Of a DNA stretch of 64,000 nucleotides, positions 12,891 through 22,713 are shown in pieces. The notes below the pieces were generated by a model. It was given only the letters and a program-made list of their open reading frames with translations, was not told the DNA's origin and did no database searches. The DNA is from Corallochytrium limacisporum Hawaii (taxonomy: Eukaryota; Protista; Pluriformea). The translations under genes and the position numbers were made by a program. The stretch's first letter is position 1; every line of letters starts with the position of its first letter. The stretch lies in assembly GCA_002811645.1 (NCBI GenBank), contig PDIP01000036.1, positions 248,001-312,000 of the forward strand, read 5' to 3'.

Positions 12891-15800
12891 CGCCGATTCC
12901 TTACTCGGCACCTACGCACACAGCTGGCCTGTGTCTATTCAACTTGCGCGGTACCCCCTCCTAGAAGTGGCGAGAGGAGCTCAGGGAGAAAAAGAAGTAA
13001 ACGGAGAACCCTTCGTTTCACTTCACCCTACCCAGTTCCCACCTGCAACCAACACGTTTGAAACTTTTCCCATTTTGCTCTCATACTTCGTTTCTGGCTC
13101 AAGTTTTTCTCAAGTCTTTGCCATAGCATATTTTCCCCTTTCAACATATTCAATCATTTTCATATATTTACTTTCAGAGATTGAGAGAACGAACCCATAT
13201 ATGCGCCGAAACCACTACTATTGAAAAGCTCTTCAACATCGATATCATTAACGTTAAGCACAATATCTTGCATACTCAATATATTTAAGCTACAAAGTAT
13301 CCATCATTTTTTCCTCTCGACTATATAGTTCCTCTTACATGTTTTCGTCATCAGTCCTTGGGTTCGCAGCCATACTATCTATTTGCCTGAACACTTGTTA
13401 CACGAGGACCATCTCCCATCATCATAATTCGATTCTCGGCACTGCGGTTCGCTGCGTGCGGTCATATATACTTATATGTATATGTGCACCATAGACACAG
13501 CATTTCCATCACCAAGCTTCGGCACCTTGGAAATGGCGGTTGAACTACATACGGACACCATGTGAAGATGCTCAAGTATGACATATGCGGCGCATGCATA
13601 CGGCGGGTACAAGTCCCAAGTTGTTGAATCCCCGCATATATGGTCAACACCGGTTGGCCTGCAATGATATAGGCTTCGCACCATTCAAACCACAGTCCTA
13701 ATGCGTTTGCTTGTAATTGAGCTTGTCCAGGGCAATTACAAGCATCGGGTACTTTGCGTGCCTGCTGCTGCGAGCGCCGCGGGGAGGGTGCGTTTACGAG
13801 GTTCGCATGATCAAAGAGCACCCGATTGGCATACATACAAAGGCAGAAAGCCAGAAGTAACGGTTGCATACCGTCATCTAGCCATAGGAGTCACACCAAA
13901 ACCTGATCTGGTGCAGTGAGTCGACTGCTAGCTCTTGGTGTTCTCAAGATCTTCCACTTCGCTCTCCTTCTTTGCAGCCGGCTGCAAAATTCGGCCCCCG
14001 ATGGCACCCCGTCGAGAGCGCGGTCCGTCGGGGTATTGCGTAATACTTTGGGTACTGAAAGTACTCTGTCCTTCCTCTCGGGCTTTCCTCACCTGGCCGC
14101 TCCGGCTCCGTTTCCGTGTGTCTCACTTCGTTCTCATTCCTGGTCACTTAGGAGAACGTGCCGCACATGACACACAGACTCACTACAGCAGGCGGCAGCC
14201 AAAGCCAAGCGGGGAGCGGGGGTGTCCGATTGGGAACAGAACCCCCCAACCGCCTCGGTTGCTGCCCCACTGCCCCCCCCCCTCCCCCTTGTATTCTTCC
14301 TTGGGCCCAGCTCTTTGGAATCTTGTGCCGCTGCTGGGCGGGTAAGTAGTAGTACTGTTCTGCTCCTGTTTTACCGCTTTCCCACTCATCCCGTTCTCCC
14401 TTACCTCGGTTCAGGGTCTGGCACAAGGGAAGAAAATATTAAGGCAAAGCCAAAGCCCATCTACCAGGGTGCTGGTGCCGTACTTTTCTGCGGCAAGTGC
14501 AGTACGACGAGAACCGTAGGCGAGGCATCTGACTCCTGCGCGACCGCTTATTTTGTCGCCCGGTTCTCCATATTTATTCTGTGTAAATCTAGGCCCAAGG
14601 TCCCAGCTCTGGGTCCATAAAGAGCAGCGTTGCAAGGTCCAGCGGGACTCGGCTGAGGTTTTTCAGTCGTCAACGGGCGGTCCGTACAAAAGAGTACAGA
14701 ACAGGCGACGGGAAGGTGGCAGGTGCGACACGCTGCAAGCTTTGCTGAACAGCAGCAGTCCACTTAACAGCGGACTTGCTGTCATTCCGGGGCGCCGGAT
14801 GAAACGAACGGGTAGGTGGCGCCCGATTCTCTCATTAGTAGGGTCAATGTTTTGGTGGGGCGGCGGCGTGCTTTAGTTATGTCCCTCTGTGCCAAGGAGA
14901 GCAAAAAAAGAAAACAAAAAAAAAAAAAATTGCCCAAGGTAAGCAAAGGGGAGGCTGGGCTGGGCTGGGCAGGCCGGGAAGCCAGTGTAAGCTAGATTTT
15001 CTGTGTTCCAGGCCGCGCCCGAGGGATTCAGCTTCGTGTTTTGCTTATGGTGCTTTTTCCATTTGTTGGACCCCGCGGCTGTGGGTGTGAGTTGGTCAGT
15101 ATAGTGTACAGGGTGTCTCTTCTAATTAGGCTGTGGCTTGCTGAGGCCTTTTTGCTACCACACCGCTCTATGGCCAAATAGAACCAAAAAGAAACAAAGA
15201 AAGGGTCGCAACAAGGAGAAAAAAAACAACAAAAAAATTGGCCCGTTGTCATTCAAATTATCCAAATTCTTGCACTCAAAGCATAGCTTGCGATAAGCCG
15301 CCTCCCCTGTTCCAGCGCGGGCGGGCATTATCGGATGACCGTTCGGGGTTCTCCGAGGCAGCGATTAGACAGTAATGACGGAACAGTTGAAGAAAATATC
15401 ACCGTGTCCTCCCGCTTATTCCAGTGTTTTTTTATGAAGCGCGGTGAATTTTGAAGGCAGCAAGGATATGATCCAAGGATGCCATAGTGAATAGACCGCG
15501 AGAACTTCTCCCTCTGCAAAGACATCAGGCTTTCGTACGTACTGCAATCGACAAGGCATCAACAGTGTAACATTTTCTGAAACAGGAGATAGGATGGTTT
15601 GAAACAGTTCCTTCATTCAGTATTAAAAAGTTGGTTGTTGAGCATTGCTTTGTTGGTTTGGGGGATGCATCGAACGACCAGGACGGCAGCAACAGACAAC
15701 ACACCCCGGAACCGAGAGAGCTCGACCCTACCCAAAAAACCTGCCCAACCCGGACCCGACCCACCCCCTCGGGCGTACGCACTTGGACAGCGAGACCACT

Positions 15801-16631
15801 TTACAGGCAGCACCAGTTCTCCCGAGAAAGGTGGGGCTTGCAGGGGTGCCATCGTCCGCAGCCCTTGGACGCGGAGAGAAGTCGGTGCTTGCGGGGCGAT
15901 GGATCTGTCCACACGTGTCTTTCCACACAAGTCAGCACTCAGTTAGTCAGTATGTGCTAAGGCTAACTCTTCGACACCAAGTATCATTTTGATGGTTGGT
16001 GCTTACTGCACAAGTCACCCACTGCTTACTACGTGCATGGACGGCACAGGCTTCAACAGCACTCCCCCACAGCGCCCCCAAACTAGGGACAGCGCTACCC
16101 TGTGTTCGGACCCCATGGCGCCCCTACACAACAACACATCTCTGTGCACGATCTTCTCGGCGGTCCAAACGCACTGAAATTAAGCCGCCGCGATACCGAC
16201 TTTTCGGAGGTGCACCCCGGCCCGGCCCGACCCAAACCAGCAGGATACTCGGGTTACCTTTTTCAGACGACGTGCTTCTGTTTCAATACACACAGCACAG
16301 ACGCCAATTCTCCAGCATTGCACTATCTTCAAGTCCGTCTTGGTAGGCGGACTTTACCTACCAGATTATGGGGTGCTGTTGAAAGGCAATTTTGCGAATA
16401 CGGTCATTTCACTACCAAGGGATCGGGGCGATCGATTGGGCGGCACGTTTTTTTGTGCCCTTCATTTGCAGCTCTTGGGGTACACACGGAACAAGAAGAT
16501 CGCATTAGCACCAAAGCTGTCGGCAGTGGCTAATCGACTCTGTACATCTGATGATGTCTCATGATGAAGAATGTAGCTAGTATACTTGGGTTTGGAGATG
16601 TCTAGACATGAACCTTCATGTTGCTTCCTTG

Positions 16632-18200
16632 TTAGTCTTCCATGGCCTCCAGGGTGCTGTTAGATGCCACAGTACGGGCATCGTTGAAGAAACTGTTGGG
16701 GTGTTCGACCAAGTTTTGCTTGCCATATCGGGCCTCAAAGTACTTTGAGCAGCCAAGCTGATAGTGTTTCTGCTTCGCATTCAACAGAATGGATTCTGCG
16801 GAAGCGGCATCAATGCCATGGCGATGCAACATAGCCCTCAGATTGGATTGATCAAAGTGACGGAAGGGACATCCGTGCGTGTCTCCAGCGCCAGGCTGGT
16901 TGCTCATAATGATGGCATTGCAGCTCATGGGCGTGTAGTTGGTGCGCTTACCCTCCATACCATAGTTGTGCCGAATGTTATATGCATAGCCCTGCTGAAA
17001 CTTCTGTTCTGTCATTTTCTTAGTGAACTCGTCGCGCCAGAACTTCAGAGCGTCGTCCAGACTGAGACCAATGCCCTTGATGAAGAGACCCAGCTGTTGG
17101 CGACCGAAATGCTTCAGATGGTGATCCTTGCGCAGAGTGTCGAACAGATTGCGCATACATGGAGGGAAGTAGAGCTCGGACAGTTCGTCAAGCATGGCTA
17201 GAGTGACCTTCCCCTGGCTATCATCCATAGAGAAATCACGCTTGGTGGACATGGTGCTCAAATCCTGGAGCATCCCTTCCAGACGTTCTTCTTCTCCGAT
17301 ATGGGGCAGCGCACGCGATGTTGCTGCCAGTGCCTCGTTCACACGCATGCGGAACACACCACTAACAAGACTGACCAGCTCCTTGCGGGGTACGTAGGCA
17401 TTGCCGTCTCGAAGGAAGACCTTACGCATGCTAACTAGTCGCAATGCTTCCTCGAAAGGAATCACAAAATACTCCGTGTCTTCGGCCTCCGTAAGTCCGG
17501 CAAAGCTGGCATTCGTTAGCTCTTGGGCGTACTTCATCTTCTCGGACTCAAGAATCGGAGTGTAATGCATGTTACAATCGTCGAAGAACTGAGCCACATC
17601 CCTATGGTACTCCTCGAAACGGAAAGCAAACAGATCACGCTCCTGCTGGAGGAACCACCGCCTCATTTCCTCTGAGCGGCAGTACGCTAGACGCAAGATG
17701 TAGTGGCCAATGTGGTCATCACGACGAGCCTTTTTGTACAGCTCCACAGATGCAGTATTTGATAGGTCATCAGGACGCAAAGATTCACCAGTACCGAATG
17801 TACTCTTTAGCGCAGTACGTACGGATCTCTTGAACTCATCTGAAGTCGTATTGTTGGCAGAAATGTAACGCGCTTTGTCGATTTCCTTCAGCAAAGCCAC
17901 ACGCTGGAGCCCCAGTTCCTCGAATTCTTCTAATGTGATTTCATATGTAGGGGGAATGTCGTACAACGTGATACGACACGGCAATGCGGCCGTTGTCGAC
18001 AATCCTCTCTGAACGGCATCAGCTTTCAGTCCGAAACCACCCTTGGTACGGGACTGTCCACGGGTACCGTGCCCTGACTTGCCCACACTACCCTTCGGCT
18101 TAGTGATGCCCTTGCTGAGCAGAGTACCCGCTGACTTGGCTCCCTGCTGATTCTGCTGCCGCGGTTCGAGGCCCGCCGAAAGTTGAAGAGCGCTCAACAT
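16632..18200 (-). CDS. PRIM2: DNA primase large subunit (p58/Pri2)
   Basis: LYDIPP..EITLEEFE, DHIGHYILRLAYC, FPPCM, HHLKHFGRQQLGLFIKGIG, YAYNIRHNYG and HGCPF, including the Fe-S cysteines. First in-frame ATG is at 18200; the ORF track starts at a GTG. Confidence 0.96.
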   Translation of the reverse strand: MLSALQLSAGLEPRQQNQQGAKSAGTLLSKGITKPKGSVGKSGHGTRGQSRTKGGFGLKADAVQRGLSTTAALPCRITLYDIPPTYEITLEEFEELGLQRVALLKEIDKARYISANNTTSDEFKRSVRTALKSTFGTGESLRPDDLSNTASVELYKKARRDDHIGHYILRLAYCRSEEMRRWFLQQERDLFAFRFEEYHRDVAQFFDDCNMHYTPILESEKMKYAQELTNASFAGLTEAEDTEYFVIPFEEALRLVSMRKVFLRDGNAYVPRKELVSLVSGVFRMRVNEALAATSRALPHIGEEERLEGMLQDLSTMSTKRDFSMDDSQGKVTLAMLDELSELYFPPCMRNLFDTLRKDHHLKHFGRQQLGLFIKGIGLSLDDALKFWRDEFTKKMTEQKFQQGYAYNIRHNYGMEGKRTNYTPMSCNAIIMSNQPGAGDTHGCPFRHFDQSNLRAMLHRHGIDAASAESILLNAKQKHYQLGCSKYFEARYGKQNLVEHPNSFFNDARTVASNSTLEAMED

Positions 18201-18245
18201 GATACCATATCCAAAGGCAAGCGTGTGTTTTGATTTCACTCCGAT

Positions 18246-18336
18246 CTATATGTAGAGCACAATGAGAGAAGTGGGAAACTTGTACCAATAAAATTAGTGT
18301 CAAATAACTTTCATGTGTTTCGTTTTGTCCACGTAC
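18246..18336 (-). other. Putative 5'-UTR intron of PRIM2 (91 nt)
   Basis: GTACGT donor, CACTAAT branch, pyrimidine tract and TAG acceptor about 45 nt before the ATG. Confidence 0.55.
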
Positions 18337-18818
18337 ATCGGCAAGGTCACATCACGTTCTCCCCTGAGTTCAGACGATACTCTGCGATCGTCTGAACTTT
18401 CTCGCCGAATGGAAGGGGCGGGTTGGGTAGGGGCAGTGTCCAAATTTTCGCGCCACAATGTACCGTAGTTAAACTAAGCGGCGTATGAGTTCGGGGCCCC
18501 TTTTGCCACAAGCACCTTTCGGAAAGCGCGTGGAGCTGAACCGGCAGCTCTGATCGTCTGCTGTGAATAGCAGCAGTAGTTTTTCACTGTGCAACCAAAA
18601 AGCTTTCGCGCGTCTTTCTACTCTTAGTCGTTTCTGGGCCGAGCGGGTCTGGGCCGAATAATCTGCGACCCATGAATTTAATGACTATGGCGATTCGAAT
18701 CAAAACTATAATCATAAAAATCATATGATCTAAACAGGTACCGGGCCCGACACTTCCAGTTTGTACGTCATGTTTTGTTGTTTATGGCGATGGGTTTAGG
18801 TTACATGGTAAAGTCTGA

Positions 18819-19874
18819 CTATGCGGCAACGGACTTGCTCTTCTTGGGTTGCTTCTCCTCTGTGTCGACCTTCTGTGCGGTTTCTTGTGCTTTCTGCTTG
18901 TCCGGCGTGGCATCCAGATCCAGATCCACAATTTCGTACTCATCGATGGAGACGAGTAAGTGCTGCGGAGCTTTCTCCTGCAAATATGTCTTGAAAATGT
19001 GATAAGGCCGCTCAGCAACATTGAAAATCTCTACCTTCCGATGATAGGACCGTGTCTCGTAATGGCGCTTATGCTGTTTCTTTACAAAAGGTGCCTTGAG
19101 CAGAACGAATTTCTCAGTTTCGCGCTCGACCACACCAATCTTCTTCATGCCAATATGCAATTCAATTGCGGCCCTCTGCATGAGCTCAACAAAGGCACCG
19201 ATTGTTTTGGGATCGTGAGACTTAATCTCAAACACACCCCGCATCACTTTGTCCTTCTCAGGTACTCGGCACAATTTTATCCATTCCTGCTTCTTGACTT
19301 CCCATTCACTGGGAGCCGGCTGTCCTCCGCCCAGCATATGGTCCAGTACACCTCGAGCCGGTAAGCTGTCGTCTCCTTGGAAGCCAGTAGGTACTTTGTG
19401 GAAGATGTAGCCCATGTCATCTGGTAATAATTCACCTTCACTTTCAGGCACAGCTTCTGACTCTATGGGCTTCTCGTGCTCCTTCTCAGCTCTGACACTT
19501 TGGAAGGGCTGCTCGGGCTCGGGATGCATGGGTGCCTGTCCAACAGCATCGTTAGCGTCGAGCGCTGAATCCATTTCCACAACGGGTTCCTTAGGATGTG
19601 GATCATTCTCACTTCCTTCCATACCGTCATCTAGGGGCGCCTCACCTGTCACTTTTGCCTTGATTCCCTTGTCCTTCTTTGCCGTGGGATCTTTCCCATT
19701 GCTGTCGCCACCCGTTGTGCTGAAACTTCGACAAAACAAGTCTGTTGAGTGTTGCGTACCCCATATTTTGACCAGATTCTGAGAATATTCTGACTTTGGC
19801 TTGACCAAGCCGGCCGAAATGCCTTGGCGAACCGTTCCCAGTCGCAGCGTCCGGGACAGAATTGTCCGCCTCAT
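18819..19874 (-). CDS. MRPS10: Mitochondrial ribosomal protein uS10m with presequence and long N-terminal extension
   Basis: C-terminal S10 domain (EIKSHD...EKFVLLKAPFVKKQHKRHYETRSYHR). Arg-rich presequence MRRTILSRTLRLG starts at ATG 19874. Confidence 0.85.
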   Translation of the reverse strand: MRRTILSRTLRLGTVRQGISAGLVKPKSEYSQNLVKIWGTQHSTDLFCRSFSTTGGDSNGKDPTAKKDKGIKAKVTGEAPLDDGMEGSENDPHPKEPVVEMDSALDANDAVGQAPMHPEPEQPFQSVRAEKEHEKPIESEAVPESEGELLPDDMGYIFHKVPTGFQGDDSLPARGVLDHMLGGGQPAPSEWEVKKQEWIKLCRVPEKDKVMRGVFEIKSHDPKTIGAFVELMQRAAIELHIGMKKIGVVERETEKFVLLKAPFVKKQHKRHYETRSYHRKVEIFNVAERPYHIFKTYLQEKAPQHLLVSIDEYEIVDLDLDATPDKQKAQETAQKVDTEEKQPKKSKSVAA

Positions 19875-19881
19875 GATGTTT

Positions 19882-19968
19882 CTACAGTTTAGGTTCAGTC
19901 CCCTACACCATTGTTCTCCAACCGTCACAATTTTTGGTAGATCTCGACTTGGCCAAATCCCAACATAC
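19882..19968 (-). other. Putative 5'-UTR intron of MRPS10 (87 nt)
   Basis: GTATGT donor; TAG acceptor 7 nt before the ATG. Confidence 0.5.
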
Positions 19969-19974
19969 GATCAT

Positions 19975-20730
19975 TCTTAGACACACCAAATACAGCCTGA
20001 AATAGTCGTTTTGTTGACCAGTGTGCAAATAAACTGCTACTGCTTCGTCGCTCCCCGGTGTCCTAGTTCGCCTTCCCTTTTGGCCGTCGCCGTCGCCACC
20101 CATCCATCCACGCGACCTGCGCACCACCGACCTTACATTCACTATTGCCCATTGCTGCAGAGGCCATGTGATAGCCAACAAGCCAACGGGCCAAACGGGA
20201 GACCCCCCGGGGGGGGGGGGAGCCAGTGCTCCCCAACACTGCAGGCACAGAGAAAGAGGAGTTTGGCATTTAATGATCATAAAATATTGATCATTTCCAA
20301 AATTCTGAGGCAGGTGAGGTATTCTTTTTATTTTGGGCAACACTGACTAAGGGGGAGGTCTCGGTCACCATGGGCTCTCCTCTCTCGCTGGGGGGAGGGG
20401 AGGGGGGACCCCCGTTCTCAGGGGCTCCGGATAGCACGAGATGTGTTCTTATCCTTGTGAACAGTTTGGGTCCTTTCTATTTTTATTCCGCTGAACGGAT
20501 CGTACATTTTGAACTGTGGTTTGGTAACACTTCCTGGTGCGGGAGGGGTGCGGATCTCGCAAGGCGGTGGAAAGAGCACGGGGTTGGAACAAACTGCGTG
20601 CGGATCGTGGAATGGAGGCTGGGGACACGGTCATGTAAACATCTCCAAAGCAAGGTTCTCTGTGGATACTGGAAATGATACGAGAGCATCGAACAAAGTG
20701 TAGAATACGAACATATTGTTGCCTTCGTGT
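19975..20730. promoter_or_regulatory. Divergent (head-to-head) promoter region of MRPS10 and fumarase
   Basis: Two mitochondrial genes diverge across about 1 kb containing GAC6G12 and other G tracts. Confidence 0.6.
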
Positions 20731-20864
20731 CCTACAGGTAAGCCTGCACTTCGGGGTACGAGAAGCAGTAATGTTTCATATCCCCACAACGAACATAACT
20801 GAAAAAGTGTTACATCTGCCAGTTTGAGTCGAACTGCAGATCGTGGATTCGGGCAACAGTTACA

Positions 20865-22601
20865 ATGCTTTCCCTCGCAGCTCAGCGTGCCAATTCAGCT
20901 CAGCGCACTCTGAGCACAGTGGCGAAGACCGTCGGCTGCTACGCTACAGCAGCGAGCAAGCCTAAACCGGCTGTGCCTGACTTCCACTACCAGCCTCTAT
21001 TGGAGACGACGGGCCCTCATGACGTACCATGGAAGAAGGTCACTAGCGACGGTGTTCAGGTGAAGAACATCGATGGTAAGAAGATCTTGGAGGTCGACGG
21101 TTCCGCCATCACTGCTCTTACCACGGAAGGATTCATTGATATTGCTCATCTTCTCCGTCCGGCCCATTTGGAGTCTCTGGCCAACATCCTGAAGGATCCG
21201 GAGGCTAGCAAGAATGACCGATTCGTAGCCCTGGAGTTGCTCAAAAACGCCAATATTGCTGCTGGTATGGTCCTCCCTGGATGTCAGGACACAGGCACGG
21301 CCATCGTTATGGGCAAAAAGGGACAGTACGTGTGGACCGATGGTCAGGACGAGTCTCATATCTCTCGAGGTGTCTACGAGACCTATACCAAGAAAAACTT
21401 ACGCTACTCTCAGGTTAGCCCGGTGGATATGTTCACTGAGAAGAACACTGGAACTAATTTGCCAGCCCAGATTGATCTCTACGCCACCGCCGGCAACGAG
21501 TACAACTTTCAATTCATCGCCAAGGGCGGCGGCAGTGCCAACAAAACATTCCTGTTCCAACAGACCAAGGCTGTTCTGAACGAGGAAGCCCTCACCAATT
21601 TCCTCTACGAAAAGATCCAGACCCTTGGCACTGCTGCTTGCCCACCCTACCACCTTGCCGTCGTTATTGGTGGTCTCAGTGCTGAACTGAACCTTAAGGC
21701 TGTGAAGATGGCCTCCACTAAGTACCTCGACAACCTGCACACATCTGGTAATGAGTTCGGACGGGCGTTCCGGGATCTCGAATGGGAAGAGCGTATCCAC
21801 AAAATGACTCAAAAGCTTGGCATCGGGGCTCAATTTGGTGGCAAGTACTTCTGCCACGACGTACGAGTGATTCGCTTCCCCCGCCACGGTGCCAGCTGCC
21901 CCGTTGGCATTGGTGTTAGCTGCAGTGCTGACCGTCAGGCACTTGGAAAGATTACTGAGGAGGGAGTCTTCCTTGAACAACTGGAGACTAACCCCTCAAA
22001 GTACCTCCCGGATGTCAGTGAGACTCATCTTGATGAAAATACTGAGGTCGTGCAAATCGATCTGGACCAGCCCATGAGCAGCATTCTCAAGACTCTGAGC
22101 CAGTATCCAGTCGCTACCCGTGTGAGCCTGAGCGGTTCTCTGGTCGTTGCCCGCGATATCGCCCATGCTAAGCTTTTGGAGCGCATGAAGTCGGGCCAAG
22201 GCCTTCCTGACTACATCAAGGACAAGATGATATACTACGCCGGTCCCGCTAAGACCCCTGAAGGATACGCCAGCGGTTCCTTTGGTCCTACCACGGCTGG
22301 TCGTATGGACTCCTACGTCCCAGAGTTCATGAAGGAGGGAGGTTCCATGGTCACTTTGGCAAAGGGTAACCGGAGCCGCGGTGTCACGAAGGCCTGCAAA
22401 GAACACGGTGGTTTCTACCTCGGATCTATTGGTGGCCCTGCTGCCATCCTCGCGCAAAACAATATTAAGAACGTTGAGGTACTGGAGTACCCTGAGCTGG
22501 GCATGGAAGCCATCTGGAGCATTCGTGTGGAGAACTTCCCTGCATTCATTGTTGTTGATGACAAGGGCAATGATTTCTTTGCCAAGTGGCAGGGAGCTTA
22601 A
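20865..22601 (+). CDS. Class I (Fe-S) fumarate hydratase, mitochondrial-type
   Basis: [62 protein letters not shown] and [11 protein letters not shown]-terminal presequence-like segment; strong codon bias. Confidence 0.96.
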   Translation: MLSLAAQRANSAQRTLSTVAKTVGCYATAASKPKPAVPDFHYQPLLETTGPHDVPWKKVTSDGVQVKNIDGKKILEVDGSAITALTTEGFIDIAHLLRPAHLESLANILKDPEASKNDRFVALELLKNANIAAGMVLPGCQDTGTAIVMGKKGQYVWTDGQDESHISRGVYETYTKKNLRYSQVSPVDMFTEKNTGTNLPAQIDLYATAGNEYNFQFIAKGGGSANKTFLFQQTKAVLNEEALTNFLYEKIQTLGTAACPPYHLAVVIGGLSAELNLKAVKMASTKYLDNLHTSGNEFGRAFRDLEWEERIHKMTQKLGIGAQFGGKYFCHDVRVIRFPRHGASCPVGIGVSCSADRQALGKITEEGVFLEQLETNPSKYLPDVSETHLDENTEVVQIDLDQPMSSILKTLSQYPVATRVSLSGSLVVARDIAHAKLLERMKSGQGLPDYIKDKMIYYAGPAKTPEGYASGSFGPTTAGRMDSYVPEFMKEGGSMVTLAKGNRSRGVTKACKEHGGFYLGSIGGPAAILAQNNIKNVEVLEYPELGMEAIWSIRVENFPAFIVVDDKGNDFFAKWQGA

Positions 22602-22713
22602 ACTGCAAAGTCCACAGATATACACACCATGCTTGAAAAGTTAAAAACTTACATTCAATACATCTCTGACATTTCTACTAGGTGTATATTATCATAGAAG
22701 ATTTTCAATTCCG

